Positions 45,418-58,830 of a stretch of 64,000 nucleotides of DNA are shown in pieces. The notes beneath the pieces were generated by a model, which made no database searches, was not told where the DNA came from, and was given only the letters and a program-made list of their open reading frames with translations. The stretch comes from Camelus dromedarius (Eukaryota): the NCBI RefSeq assembly GCF_036321535.1, contig NC_087437.1:120282001-120346000 (forward strand), written 5' to 3'. Position numbers and translations under genes: made by a program. Position 1 is the first letter of the stretch. Every line of letters starts with the position of its first letter.

Positions 45418-48400
45418 AAAGTGTGATAAGCAGTGTGACTTTGAGCTTGTTCACCTGTGATCAGGTTATGGACACAGGCCCCCAGGCCAGGACCCTGACC
45501 CTCCCAAGGGGCTGCGCTGGGCGGGGCCCCAGGCTCAGCTCCACGACATCCCCACCCCGGGAGGGGCCCCGGACTCCAGCCTCGGCCTCGTACTCCTCTC
45601 CCAGCCCTGTCTCCCCTCCCTGCCCCTTTCCAAGGGGCAGACCCTAAAGCAGGGGAGGGTGTCCCTGTTAGCACTGCTTTTCCCCCGTCACCGTTGGGGC
45701 CCTAGGTCGTGCTGTTATGTTTAAATCCCAGGCTGGGCAGCTGTGGGCCCAGGGAGGACACAGCTGGTGGGAAGGAGCGAACGGGGGCGGGGTCTGCAGC
45801 AGGGACAGCAGTGAGGGCCGTGGGATGGTCACAGAGGCACCTGTACCCCCAGCCCGGGGGAGGCATCCCTGGAGAGCATGTAGGGTCCCCAAGGGCCACC
45901 CCTCAGTGTGCAGGCCAGGTCTGGCTGCTGGGGCCGAGCCTGTCGCTGTCACAGCCCCCTGCCCAGGGCTGACAGAGCAGCCCGAGGGAAGCGACTTGGA
46001 GGGGCCGTGGGGGTGGGGGGAGGGTGACAGGGCATGCACGACAGGGAGAGGGCCACATGAGAAGATGGGCGCACCCCCCCAAAGCAGGCATTGTGTCAGC
46101 CAGGGTCCCCAGAGAACAGACCCAGCAGCTCGGGAGGTGGGCAGGTAGGCAGACAGACAGACCTACTGTGAGGAACTGGCTTCCCTCCGCAGGCTGGGGA
46201 CCAGGACAGCCGGCGGTGTCATTCAGTCTGAGTGTGAAGGCCCAAGAACCAGGAGGGCCATGGTCCGAGTCGCAGTCTGAGTCCAAGGGCAGCGGGTGAG
46301 ACGCCCCAGCTCAGCGGTCGGGCAAAGGGCCACATCCCCCTTCCTCCGTCTCCGGCAGGGGACCTCTGACCAGAGGACTCTGCACAGGTTCTTTCTGTGT
46401 CACCCCTCCCGGGGCTGGCAGGCCTTCTCTCCAAGCCCCCAGGGCCTCAGACAGAGGAGTGAGCTTGGCCACAGTCGAAGGCAGCCCAGGGCCAGCTCCC
46501 CAGATGGGGCAGGGGCCACGGAGCAGGGGCAGGGCCAGGAGAAAGGGGGTCACGTAGAGGCTGGCCGCCACACACACACGTCCCTCTAGGGCTGCTTTGG
46601 GGATCACCAGTTTCCTGGGGGGCAACACAGGACAGGGCGGGGCTCAGTGTTGACAGGGAGTGTCTCACCCCTGCCGTGGGTTTGCCCTGGGACCCGCACC
46701 CCAGGGAGGGAGGGGGCTGAGCGTCACAGAGCAGCAATGCACAGCCCCTGTGTTTGAGACCTGGGGACAATCCTGCCTTCCTGTAATTCTGTGGGATTCA
46801 GTACATGTGATTTAATTTTCTCCCTTTATAGACTTTTCAGATAACCTCACAAATCAGAAAAATGCTTGCAGTTGTTCATGGTCATTCTAGTCAGTCTCAC
46901 CCCCAGCGCACACTCACGCTCTGTCCCACCCATGCTCACACACACCCCTGCACACTCGTTCATGCACGCACCCCCACCCCCGCACAGCCCCCTGCACAGC
47001 CTCCTGGCACGCCCCCCACCCGGACGTCATTTCTCGCTCCCCTTCCCCGCCGCCTCCCAGCCAGTGTGACAGAAGTCCTGCCAGCAAACACTCAGCTGAG
47101 CCCTGTGCAAACACTCCTGTCGCAATTCACACAGGAGGCCGCCTCTCTGGCCTGCAGGGCGTGCTTCCTGCCAGGAAGGCTGGGGGCCTGGGGCCCATCA
47201 GGACAAGGTCCGCCAACTTACCAGCCATCGGCTGGTTGGCGCGGCCACACGGTCCTCTGGCTGCAGGAAGGGACTGGGCCTGGCCCCCCGCAGGGTGGGG
47301 GTCTTGACCTTGTGGGTCCAGAAGAGCCATCAAGGAGAAAAGCGAGCAGCCCAGGTGTCCAGAGACACCCCCACATCACCCACAGGATGTGAGCGCCCGG
47401 GAGGGAGGCGCTGGCAGCCTCAGCAGGCAGGTCGAGCCCAGGGAGAGGGTCTGAGGGGTCCCAACTCGAGGTGGGAGGAGAAACGGAGCCAGGGAGAAGG
47501 TGGTCCAGGTGAAAGGAGGGGCCGGCGGGGCCGGAACCCCCTGCCCTGCCCTCCACGACGGTGGGCTCTGATGGAGTCTGAGAAAGAGCTTCGACCTGAC
47601 CGACTCCCTGGACCCAGCTGAGTGTCTGCAGCACAAGCAGCGACTCGCATAGCAAGCACCAGTTCCCTTTAAATTGACCCTAAAAATCATGGTCGGCCTA
47701 GCAGCCTCCACATAGTGTGTGCCTGCACCTTTCCTGGCACCAAGGGCCACGCGGGAGGCGGCGGACCCAGAAGACGGTCCGCGAGAGAACCTGGAACAAG
47801 GGCAGGGCGTCGGGGGCCAGACACCCAGCGCCCTGGAGGTGGCGGCGGCGGGTCCCCCAGGGGACACCCCTCTGCAGGGCACCCCCCAGGGCTGAGGCCC
47901 CATGGGTCCCAGCTCCTGCGTCCTTCGTCCAGGCTCCAGGCGACGACCACCCACAGCCAGAACTGGCGCTGCGCCCCACGGCCCGCCGTAATCTGTCACT
48001 GCAGCTGCAGGCCAGCCGGTCTGCAAGGGTCGCTGAGTTCGTGCTCATGTCACACAGGGATGGGCCCGTCTCTGACCTTGTCCTTGTCCTGGAGACGCTC
48101 ACCATGCCCTCCCAAATGCCAGCCTTGAACCTGAGTCAGAAAAGTTTGTCCCTGACTCCAGGGTGCTGGCTGGCAGGTGATGGCAGACAATGGGCTGCAC
48201 CGTTCAGCCCCTGCCTGAAGGTGTTCTCAGGGGCGTAGACACGCCTGCAGCCCCAAGAGCAAAGTCCAGCTTCAGGGCTGGGAGTGGGTGGGTAAACACT
48301 GGCTTCCTCGCCCAGAGGCAGCGCTCAGAGGTGTGCCAGGTGCGCCTGCCACCAGTCCCTGCAGGTCTTCCCTCCCCGCTCCCACCCCCACCTCCTCACT

Positions 48401-49287
48401 GGGCTCCACCCAAACCCTTGCCTCAGGTCTGCCTTCGGGGAACTTGAGTTTGGCCCAAGGTTCTAGCTCGGAGCAAGGGCAGGGGCCAAGGGTGGGCGAG
48501 CGCAGAGTGGGGGCTGGTTCTCTGCTTCCCGGGTTCAGGCGGCGAGGACACGCCAGCAGGGAGGGCTTACTCAGAGCCCCGCAGGCGGAGGCGGGCGGAG
48601 CAGAGGCACAGTGAGTCCTTTATCCACAGACGTCATCCCTGCGTCACAGCCGAGGCTCTGGCTGCCCGGGGACGTCGCCCTCACCCTGCGCTTGCTGAGC
48701 CCAAGGATCCCCTCCTTCCTTAGACGAGGTTGGAAATGACCTCAGCTCCAGCTCATGGCTGATCTAATCAGGGACAGAACCCAGGAGCCTATTAGCACGC
48801 TCCTGGTAATGATGTCACTCACCTGCAGTGGAAAGTGGCTCTGAACAGCCACAGCCTCGACCTTGCGGGCGCTCCATCAAGGGCGTCCCCGCCCCCGAGG
48901 TGCAGGCGCCCCACCTGAGCCCCTGCCTGGGGTGGGCAGAGCGCACTGGGAAAATCCCGCCGTGCGGGCTGGCACTCCCTCCACGTGACCCACCAGCCAG
49001 TGGCTTCCCAGGGGCCCACCTTCAGGAGCTGATGTATTTTAAATCCAAATTGAAACAAAATGCAATCTACTGAGGAGTTATTTTCTTTTCATAGTGGTTC
49101 CCAAAAGGATTCTTAAGCTGAGGGATTTTGGTGGTGTTCCCAAGCTCAGCATAACTCAGCCCATCCTGCTGGATATGGTCCCCAACTGAAACTGGGGGTG
49201 ACACGCTGGACCCCGCCTCCCCCGAGTGCTGGGGGGATCACGTTCAAGGAGGGAAACTGTTGTAAACTGTCGTGATCTGTGATGGGT

Positions 49288-49659
49288 GTGTCTGTCCTGG
49301 GACAGCCGTGGTTAAGTACACCGACCAGGCGGTCAAACAGCAGAAACCCATCTTCTCACAGTCCTGAGGACAGAAACCTGAGATGCAGGCATGGCAGGGC
49401 TGGTTCTTTCCGAGGCCCCGCTCCTGGGCGTGTGGACGGCGGTCTCCTCCCTGTGTCCCCGCCTGGTCGTCCCTGTGTGTGTGTCTGTGTCCTGCTTCTT
49501 ATAAGGACACCTACCAGATCGTGTCAGGGCCCGCCCCCGTGACCTCGGCTAAGCTTAATCACCTCTTTAAGCACCGTGTCTCCAAGGACAGCCACATTCT
49601 CTGGAGCTGGGGGTCGGGGCTCCAACTCGTGAATTTAGGGGTCACGTGGCCCACAACAG
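49288..49659 (-). mobile_element. MLT1A-like LTR
   Basis: aaacagcagaaacccatcttctcacagtcctgaggacag..cttcttataaggacacc..cttaatcacctctttaa..tctccaa..acagccacattct. Confidence 0.85.
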
Positions 49660-50471
49660 TGACACACTGGTGGGCTTTGATAGGACAGCTGCTGGAAATC
49701 TCCTCTGCTGTCAGCTTGAAAGTGGTGCATCCTGTTTTAAGTGAAGGGGAAGCATCAGCGTTGATCTTCAGCGCCCGAGGCCATGGCGAACAGAGGGCGA
49801 AGGCGCGTGCAGAGCCCCCCAGGGTCCCCCAGGCTCTCGAGACAGGAAGCCAGTGTCTCTGTTCTGGAGGCTCTTCCTCCTGCTCTTGAAAGTCTGTGTG
49901 ACGAGCTGGCGTGTCCGCAGAAGGCATCAGTGGGGCGCAGGGCTGCTGGTGGCACAGGGTGGCCAGGCAGGGGGTGGCGGAGCAGGGCCCACACGCTGCC
50001 CGCCCCTGCGGCAGGGCTGGGGTCCCAGCCTCCTCCAGACCCCCGGCCTGCTTCCCTCGAGACCACCTCTGTCTGCACAGGGGCGAGAAAGTGGGCCAAG
50101 TGCCACTGTGAGGGACGTGGGGCGGCAGGGGGAGGACACGCTGGCTGCACTCCTGGGAAGCTCCTTCCAGGCGCAGAGTGGTGTGTGACCCGGGGGTTTA
50201 CTCTGCCTGTGTCAGTTCGCTCACTGATCGCCCGGCAGTCGGGGCCCACGTCCGCCAGGTCCCCCAGGTCCGGTGAAAAGAGCTCAGTGGACTCTTTCCT
50301 TCGGTGCCATTTCCTGCCACAAATCTGAAAAGTGGCCAAGGTCCAACCAGGCAGGGCTTTGGCACAGAATGTTCTTTTCAACCTGGCCCTCTTGTACTGG
50401 GCTGCACAGGTCCAAGGTCTCCAGGCCTGGATCCGGCCACCTTCAGAAGGGGTGGCCTTGGGAAGCAGCCT

Positions 50472-50547
50472 GACGTGGCCCAGAGTGACCCAGGTGGCCC
50501 AGGTGGCTCAGGGTGGCCTAGTGTTACCCAGGTGGCCCTGGCCCAGA
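50472..50547 (+). repeat. 9-10 bp tandem repeat (GGTGGCCCA)n
   Basis: gtggcccagagtgacccaggtggcccaggtggctcagggtggcctagtgttacccaggtggccctggcccag. Confidence 0.75.
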
Positions 50548-52723
50548 GGCTGCCCGCCTGCAGGCTCCGGCTGCTCTTCTCGCCCATCCTGGGCATCCCC
50601 TGACCTGTGAGGGACAAGCTCTTCCCAGTAGCAGTCACCTTCTGATCTGTTGTGCTCCCTGCACCCGAGAATAACGAAACCTTTAATATAAAAACACTGC
50701 CTGCACAGGCCCAGAGACCTCCCACTCCAAGGGCAGACGTCCCCAATGACTGACGGATTGACCTGTAAACGCTCCAGCCCTCTTGGCCCTGATGGGCACT
50801 GAGGTGTGAGCTGCATCCCCAGGGTCCCCTGCAGGTGCCCGTTGCTGGCTCCCCTACCCTGGGCCCCACTGCCCATCTCACCGTGGGGGAGGGGCTGCCA
50901 CCGTGCAGCGGCCATGCAAAGCCAGGGCCCTGGAGGGGCCACCTCCTGTGTCCACAGAGAGGGTCCAGCCATGGCGTGGCTGTTTCTCAATACCTCTTGG
51001 GCCTGCCCATATCCATGGAGCCACTGCTGGGCACCCCTAGATAGCGCAGAGGGAAGAGGTGCCCCAGGACTGGCCCCTGGACCAGCGAGACCCGGGCAGC
51101 ACCATTTGTGCCAGCACGGCCCCCGGTGTGCTCGCGGTCAGAACCTCAGTCCAGGTCAGGGCGCTGGTGTTTCTTCGTTGCCACCCCTTTCCAGTGCCCA
51201 CATCCCCTCTTCACTTCCATCCCAGCACATTCTGGTGGAGCCGTGCAGCCAAAGCTTCCGTTGTCCGAGATCCTGTAATCCCTCCGGATTGCCTTCAGAA
51301 TGTGCCGCCCCCGGACCAAGTGGGCCTGCCAGGCCCGAGTGTCCTCACCTGTTGTCCCCCTGCCCCTCCGCCCCCCTCGGCGGTGACTCAGCATCACTAA
51401 TCCCCACAGCTCTGTCCCCGATGACTCGGTTCTCTGCCTGCGCTGGAATCCAGCCCCGCGTCTTCCTCCGATCCGCGTTGCTGTTACTGCTCCCCGCCCA
51501 CCCCGCCAGCGGCTCTCCTCCTCCCTGACCTCCTGAGTCCTCGGTGCCCTGGCCAGGGGCAAACTCTGTTGCCTCCAGGAATCCCCGGACTGAAGAGGAT
51601 TCAGTCCCTCACCTCTCTGCCTGCCCCAGCTTGCTGGCCTCCAGCCACATTGCTCAACAGACACTTAGGGACCATCTCCTGGAATGTTCCTGAACAGAGA
51701 GGCAGGAAGGACCAATGGAACCTACCAGAGACCCCAGCCTCCACTCAGCCAGGCGAGGCTGCTCCTGGGGGAGATGGTCAACCCTCACCCCAGCCGCTCC
51801 CCCAGGGCATAATAAGGATGGACTGTCTCCTTTCCAGAAGAGCAGACCTGGGATGTCCCTTTCTAAGGGTTTTCCAAAATCCTCGGGAGCAAAGAGAGTC
51901 CTGCTGTGGAGCAGAGGGCTTGGGCAGGAGGGCCACGATTCCTAGGCAGAGTCACGGTGGGTCACGACGGCACACGCAGTGGACTCTGGACCCCAGCAGA
52001 GAAGAGATCGTCCCACTCCAACCAGGGCTGGTGGATGCTCGAGCAGACAGACGTCTGATGCCCAGACTCAGCCCTGCTCGCACCTCCCAGGACCCCTGGG
52101 CAGGACACAGCTCACTGGGCTCCGCAGGCAGAGTGTGGTAGATTGCGTTTCCGGTCAGCAGGACTGACCGCAAAAGGGTGGCCGCTCTCTTGCTGGTCAG
52201 AGTCCCCAGGACTGAACCCCTGGCCCTGGCAAAGTCAGGAAACGGATGACCCTGACTGAGAGCCACACACCAGCCTTGCAGACCTGCTGCTGGGCACCCA
52301 CTCTGCCCCCACTATGCCCAAGGGGAGGGAGGGCCGGCACCTTCTGACCCGAGGTCCTGACCCTGCAGCCGTGGTGGGGGGGGGGGTGGGCAGAGAGAGC
52401 CTGCTCACGTGGGTCAGCTGGTTCCAGGTTTAGATTTTGACTTGAGCCCCCTTGTGTGGCCAGCTCAAGAGGCCCTGCAGCCAGGGACTCCACCTCGCCA
52501 GTTACTGGGAGGGTGTCCCCTCCCTCCCAGCCTCATATGTGGGGCGCCCAGGGCCCCTGTAACTGGAGCACACCCCTCGCTCCCCCCAGCCCACCCGCCA
52601 GCCGCCCCCAGAGGCAAGCTCCACCCTGAAGCTGCTGTTTGTCCCACCCTTACCTTTATGATATTTTATACACATTGAAGCGTGTGTCATGAAGTCTCCT
52701 GCAGGTAGCCGTCTCACGCAATT

Positions 52724-53241
52724 CAAGGAGACTTGGAGACATCGAGGGTTTGGTTCCAGACAACCACCATAAAGCGAATATCGCAATAAAGTGAGTCACA
52801 TGAATTTTTTGTCTTGTATTCTATTTACACCATGTTGTAATCTGTTAAGTGTGAAATAGCATTATATTTAAAATAATGTACACAGCTTGATTCAAAAATA
52901 CTTTCTTGCTAAAAAATGCCGACCATCACCTAAGCCTTCAGCGAGTTGTAATCTCTTTGCAACAGTCACCTTCAAGGTCACTGATCACAGATCATCCTAA
53001 CAAACATAACAATGATGAAGAAGTTGGAAATATTGTGAGAATTACAAAAATGTGACCCAGAGATGTGACCCAGAGGGTCAAAAATGTGACCCAGAGGGTT
53101 GAATAGGGCGCCCCCAAAGTGAGCAAATGCTATTGGAAAAATGGTGCCAACAAACTTGCTTGACTCATGGTTGCTACAAACCTTCAGTTTGTAAAACCAC
53201 AGTATCTGCAAAGAGCAATAAAGCAGAATGGGGTCCGCCTG
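52724..53241. mobile_element. Internally deleted Tigger1 DNA transposon
   Basis: Both ends recognisable: ggttccagacaaccaccataaagcgaatatcgcaataaagtgagtcaca and caaaccttcagtttgtaaaaccacagtatctgcaaagagcaataaagc..gcctg. Confidence 0.9.
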
Positions 53242-53249
53242 TTTTGCGT

Positions 53250-53600
53250 TTCTAAGACGGCCACGATGCTGCATGTAACTATGGGCTGCTCTTTTCACTG
53301 CTGTATACTATTCCACTCGTGGCTATTGCACAGCCACATGTGGCATCCCTGGTGGTGAGCCCAGCATCTGGAACATTCTTGTACATGCGTCCCAGTACAT
53401 GTGTGGTTTCTCTAGGCTGTGTACCCAGCTCGGGACCCATCTCTCTCCTGCCTCCATTATTCAACCAACTGGGCAAAGCCAGACCACAGGCAAGGAATAG
53501 GGGGTGCAGGGTCTGGCAGACTCACCCTGTGATGATGGGTGTCCAAATCAATGAGTGTACGTTTCTCAAGGGTATTTGATCATCGTAGCTGCATTCCCAA
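53250..53600 (-). mobile_element. Degenerate L1 fragment
   Basis: ttttcactgctgtatactattccac..gaacattcttgtacatg..tttctctagg..tacccag. Confidence 0.6.
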
Positions 53601-53784
53601 GCCAATGGCCCTTCCAGGTAGAACACCTTGTGTTTTGACAGCCACCCCCATACCAGTCTCTTTGAGCCCTGGGTGGGCAGGGGTGGGGGGGAGTTCAGAG
53701 GGCATAGGTAGCTGGGCGGGCCATGGCCAGGCGGTCCACCTCCTTTGCAGCTGTAAGGTGGGCGTGGGGGGCTCAGGGATGAAG

Positions 53785-53955
53785 GCTTGATTCAAAAATA
53801 CCTTCTTGCTAAAAAATGCCGACCATCACCTGAGCCTTCAGTGAGTTGTAATCTTTGCAACACTCACCTTCAAGATCACCGATCTCAGATCATCCTAACG
53901 TAACAATGACGAAGAAGTTGGAAGTATTGTTAGAATTACCAAAATGTGACCCAGA
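53785..53955. mobile_element. Second, partial copy of Tigger1 internal sequence
   Basis: Near-identical to the sequence starting at 52885. Confidence 0.9.
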
Positions 53956-54345
53956 GGGTTGAATAGGGCGCCCCCAAATTCTCATCAACTCAGAGTGCGG
54001 CCTGATTTGGAAATAACATCTCTGCGGGTGCAATCAAGCTGAGATGAAGTCCTCCTGGAGTCTAGCAGCCCTAATCCAATGATTGGTGTTCTCACAAGAA
54101 GAGGGAAATTTGGACCCAGAGAAGTCCACGTAACAATGGAGCCAGGGATGAGAGCGACGCGGCCACAGCCAAGGGACGGCGAGGGTTGACGGCAGCACCA
54201 GAAGCCGGAAGAGGCAGGAAGGGCCCCCCCAGAGACTGGAGAGAGCACGGCCCGGCCCACCCTTGATTTCAGACCTCTGGTCCCCAGAGCCGTGAGAGAA
54301 AACGTTTCCGTTGTTTGAAGCCTCCAGTATGTGGCACCCGATACC
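53955..54345 (+). mobile_element. MLT1C-like LTR
   Basis: gggttgaatag..cccccaaattc..tttggaaata..cctaatccaatgattggtgttct..ccacagccaaggga..ccttgatttcagacctctggtccccagagccgtgagagaaaacgtttccgttgtttgaagcc. Confidence 0.9.
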
Positions 54346-54734
54346 CCACACGCTCAGTTGTCGGGGAATGGCCTGTTCTCGGTGGTCTCTGCATCTCCTG
54401 AGCGCACCTGAAGCTTTCTTTGCACGTGGCCACCACTCTCTGGGGCTGAACCCACCCTGTCCCCAAAGTCCTCCCCCAACACCCGGCCCCTCCGACATAC
54501 CCTGCCTGCCGGGCCCGGGTGCGGGGCTGGCCACCTGCCCCACGCCCACAGGCTATCCCTGAACAGGCCCGGCCTCTTGGGGTGGGGGACCCGCCCCCGG
54601 GGCTTAGCTGCTCACTGCTCTGGCACTGCAGTCTGTCACTCCCCAGGCCAGCCGCCCGGCACCGAAAGAAAGCTCTAGAAAAACTCACTATCAAACTCTC
54701 CGCACGCCCGGTGATCAGTGCTCTATGCTTTCCA

Positions 54735-55355
54735 ACAAGACAGCATCCCTACAAATCCACCAGATAGGCTGAAACGAAAAATTGGCGATACCAAGTCGTG
54801 TTGCTGGGGTCCCTCGTCCTGCTGGCAGGGGTGAACGGACACCCCACTTGGAATGGGCCCCCCGACACCCAGTGATCCCACTGCTGAGTATACACCCAGT
54901 GGAAGCGAGAGTGATACCTAAACAGCTGTGTGCAGGGACGGTCAGAGTAGCCTTGGTCCTCCACCCGAACATCCCCCCACAGAGGGAGGAGCACGCGGCA
55001 TCTGGTCACCGGTGACACAGGCCCGCAAAGAAAGAGCCGACCACCGCCGCCTGGGGCTGCACAGCTGCAAGGGTGGTCTCGGGGCTGAGTGAGGCTGCCT
55101 TCCACAGATCAAGTTCAAGAGTGAAAGGACTAGGTCTGACGGAAGTCAGAGGTCAGAAAAGCAGGCATCCTCGGGGGCAGTGACGGGGGGACACAAGGGC
55201 ACGAGGGGCTCTCAGCAGTGCTGGGAGGGCTCCCGATGGTAACCCTGTTACACAGACGGTGGTAACATGGGTGCAGACATGTGAAAATGCATGAGCCCAA
55301 TGCAGGGTTCATGCCTTTCATGGTACGGAAGTTACAGCTCGATTTCAAAACCACT
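54735..55355 (+). mobile_element. Old L1M 3' region, GC-shifted
   Basis: ccaccagataggctgaaacgaaaaattggcgataccaag..cccagtgatcccactgctgagtatacaccca..gtgaaaatgcatgagc. Confidence 0.7.
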
Positions 55356-55989
55356 TTTCCAAAGTCAATGCGAGGAGCCTGCATTTCCCAGGGTCCAGAC
55401 CTGCCTGGAAGACCGCTGACGTGGAGTTGACAGAGCCTCCAGCCTGCCGGGGAGCCGGCGGGCCTTACCCCCAGATCCTCTCTGGGAGGCACAGGTGAAC
55501 AAGCCGGCGTCAGGGTGACGGAGCCCAGGAGGCCTCGTGTCTGAGCCCCCCCCTCAGCCCGCAGACTCGGGGGCAGAACTGGCCTGCCCCGCGTGACAGG
55601 TGTCAGCTGTGTGTGTGGTGTGGCTCAGGGCTCCAGGATCCGGACGTTCGGGCTGTGACGTTAGGGTGACCACGGCCCTTACAGGACAGTGACCCTGCTG
55701 CCTAACCGGCCAAGGAGGCAGACTCAGGACCACAGGAGGCCCCCGGGGCTCTGGGTGGGAGAACAAGGGAGTTCCCGAGGTCACGGTGATGGCAGAACCA
55801 GCAGCTCCCGGGGCAGAGATGAGGAGGGACGTGGGGGCGGGACACTTCCGAGTGTTAGCCCAGAGTGAAGTGATTGGGAGGCAGGAAGGTCCTGGGATGC
55901 TCGAGGGACGATGGGGGAGACGGGCCAGGTGTGAAGGACCCCACACTGATCCGCACACCCCCTCCTCATGGGGGGCTCGACCAGAAGCT

Positions 55990-56240
55990 CTGCTGTGCAC
56001 CCACCCACTGCAAACCCTACGCAGGTCCTCGCCTCTGAGACACAATTTCCCCACCTGCACATCTGGAGAAACTGTGTACTTGCCTCTGAGTTGTGGTGAA
56101 AATTAAATTCTGAGGCCAAGCCAAGCATTTGCACCAGGCCAAGCAGGTCAGCAGTCACCCCCATTTACAAACAGGGAGAAGTCGAGGCTTGTATGGGGTT
56201 GAACAGGACAACTGAGTCGGTGGTGAAGGAGGCCTGAAGG
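55990..56240. mobile_element. MIR fragments
   Basis: cctctgagacacaatttccccacctgcaca; ccccatttacaaacagggagaagtcgaggct. Confidence 0.55.
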
Positions 56241-58629
56241 ACACGAAACTGGCTCACCCGTTCGCTGGGCAGGCGAAGCCAAGTCCTCGGCAGAACCGTT
56301 CGGGGTTTCCTCTGCATCGAGGCGCCGGTCTGTGTGCTGATCACGGACTCCCGGATGCTGGGGCGGCGCTGCGCTGCCTGGGGCCGCACGCCTCCGTGCA
56401 GGGGGACCCCGCCTGCGCTTATCTTCCGCAGGGACCAGGTGCCTTTCTAATTCAGGGCTTTCTGAGCAGCCTGGGTCTCCTTGAAAGGTCAGACGTGGCC
56501 TGGTTGTACTGGCCTCGCCATCAGCTCTGGGTTTCATCACCTGCCACGTCCCGAGGTCCCCCGGGAGCCGTCTGGGGCGGGAAGGGTCAGCCCACGCGTG
56601 CCCGGTCTGTCCTCAGGACCCGGAGGAAGCCGCGTCCTCCGAGCACTTAGTTTGGCCGGGGCTGCGCTTGGCCCCACGACACACTCCCCTCACCCAGGGT
56701 GCTGGCAGCTCTCACCAGCCCCAGCAATTTACAGAATGAGCCCTCTTTCCGCTTAAAAATCACCCCACTCCTGGTAAAGAGAAACGCTTCTGAAATCCAG
56801 GGAGATTCTAGCTGGAAAGGCAGGTTCTGAATCTCAAGGTCTCCAAGCAGAGCAGTCCCGTGTGCTGCCAGTTGGAGGGGCCAGGCCCTGAGCTCCCCCG
56901 CCCTCCTCCCCAACGCGCAGCTGGGAGTGCACTGCCAGGAAGGGGGAGGCTGAGGGAGCGGCAGGGCCATGCCTGCGTTCACGCCCTGGTGGTCCTGGCG
57001 TCCACAGCCCCCTCCTCTCTCAAGGTGCCCCTGTTTGGGTAATAAATCCTAGAACCCTGAGTGAGGGTGCCGCTCTCTGTTGCCTGGGGGTGCGGCGAGG
57101 CTGCACCCACGTGCTCCCGGGGGAGAAGAGGTGAGGGCAGGACCAGCCCCCCTGCCGCAGCTGGCTGTCAGGGGCCTCCATCCCAGCAGGGAGGTCCACA
57201 TGTGGCCAGGACACCCAGTGCCCAAGGGCTTAAGGGAAATGGAAAGTGGGTCTCGTGTGAGCATGAAGCCCTCAGTCCCGAGGAAGAGCTCAAAGTACCA
57301 CCATCCAGGTCTGCCCTCCGTGAGCCCCCGCACGAGTTCAGACAGCTGTGTCCCTGGGCCAAGCCAGGACCCCTTGGCGTGAGATCTGGCGTTGGGCAGT
57401 CTCACCTCGCGGTGACAGCTCATGAAGGGTCACCATGATGGTGACAGCAAGGTCCTGACTCTGAAGAAAGCCCTCCCAAACCCAGCCCACCCGGAGGCAG
57501 GGCGGCACCCCCGTTCCTCCCGTGCCCCTGAGGCCTGCAGTGTGGCTACTCCCCTGCGTCCGGTCTCTGCCACTTGTTTCGGCTCCCCCTCCCCCTGTGA
57601 CTCTCATGACTCCAGCTCCCACTGAGGGGCACATCTCCTCCCCTCAGCTGACCCGTCTCTGCCCCTGCAGTTGGGCACGGGCGTCGGGCACTCAGAGGCA
57701 CATCAAGATGGGTAGACTCGCTCCCCCTAGTCTATCGCTGGTTGCACTGGGCCCAGTGGGTTCAAAGCTGTTCGTCGGTCCATCTGTCTGGAGCATGCCC
57801 CCCAGCCTTCCACACCCAGCTCAGCCCCACCTCTGCGGAATGAAGGTCCCCAGGAGCCAGCAGCTACCCCCTCCCTGCACAGTGTGTCCCCGGGGCCCGC
57901 CTCCTCCCCTTCCTTGCCGCCTGCCCACAGTCTGAGGTCTTGTGGGCTTGGTCCACACTCAGGGGCTCCCCTGCAACCACTGCACAGCTGGGGCCGGGCG
58001 TGGGGAGACCCTCTGCTCTGTTGTCCTGGGACCCCTTCTACCCTCTCCAGAAAGCCCTGGGGACCCGCCCCCTAAAGAGCTCCAACAAGATGCGGGGTTG
58101 CGGGGACTCCCAAGAGCCCGATGGCTGGCCAGCCGATGACCGTTTCTAGGACTCAACCTACAGGGACAGATCCAAGGGGACAGCTCAGCCTAAGGAGCGC
58201 TGAGCTGTCAGGGGGCCTCCACTCACCAGATGTCCCAGCGCCTGAGGAGAAGAGCAAACCCCCCGCGAGCCCAGCAGGTCCGGCTGCTGCGCCCGCCGCC
58301 ACTGGGCAGCAGGTGTTAGCAGAGCCTCCCCGACCTCTCCTCCACGAGCCCAGCCAGCAGTCACGATTATTCCATCCGGGCTCCCCAGTGGGGATGCTTG
58401 ACCCTGGGAGTCACCCCTCTAGCCCGGTGTCCGCTGGCCGCTCAGCCACCTGGAGGCTCCCTCGGGCCGGGGGAGCACAGTGGCACGTCCCTGGGGCTGA
58501 CAGTCTGGGGACAGGTTCCCGCAGAGGACTTAGAGTCTGAGTGTGGGGCCCTGGGGATGAGCCGCCCGGCCATGGGCGCCAGACAGGATTCCTGGAAAGG
58601 AGGCCGGGGCGGGGGCTGGGGGCACAGCA

Positions 58630-58830
58630 CGAGGGTTCTGGGGCTGCCGAGACAAAGCACCCAGACCCGGTGACTTAAATAACACACATGTAATTCTCTC
58701 AGTCTGGAGGCCAGAGTCCGAGATCACAGTGTCGGCGGGGTTGGGTCTTCTGTGGCTGTAAGTAAGGATCTGCCCCAGGCTCTCTCCAGCCCCTGGTGTT
58801 GACTAGCCATCTTGGGTTCCTAGGTGTTTG
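58630..58830 (-). mobile_element. MLT1 LTR fragment
   Basis: gacttaaataacacacatgtaattctctcagtctggaggccagagtccgagatcacagtgtcggc. Confidence 0.8.

Noticed and set aside
53050..53096. Short direct repeats resembling a CRISPR array
   Set aside because: No unique spacers, no cas genes, mammalian context; explained by local duplication
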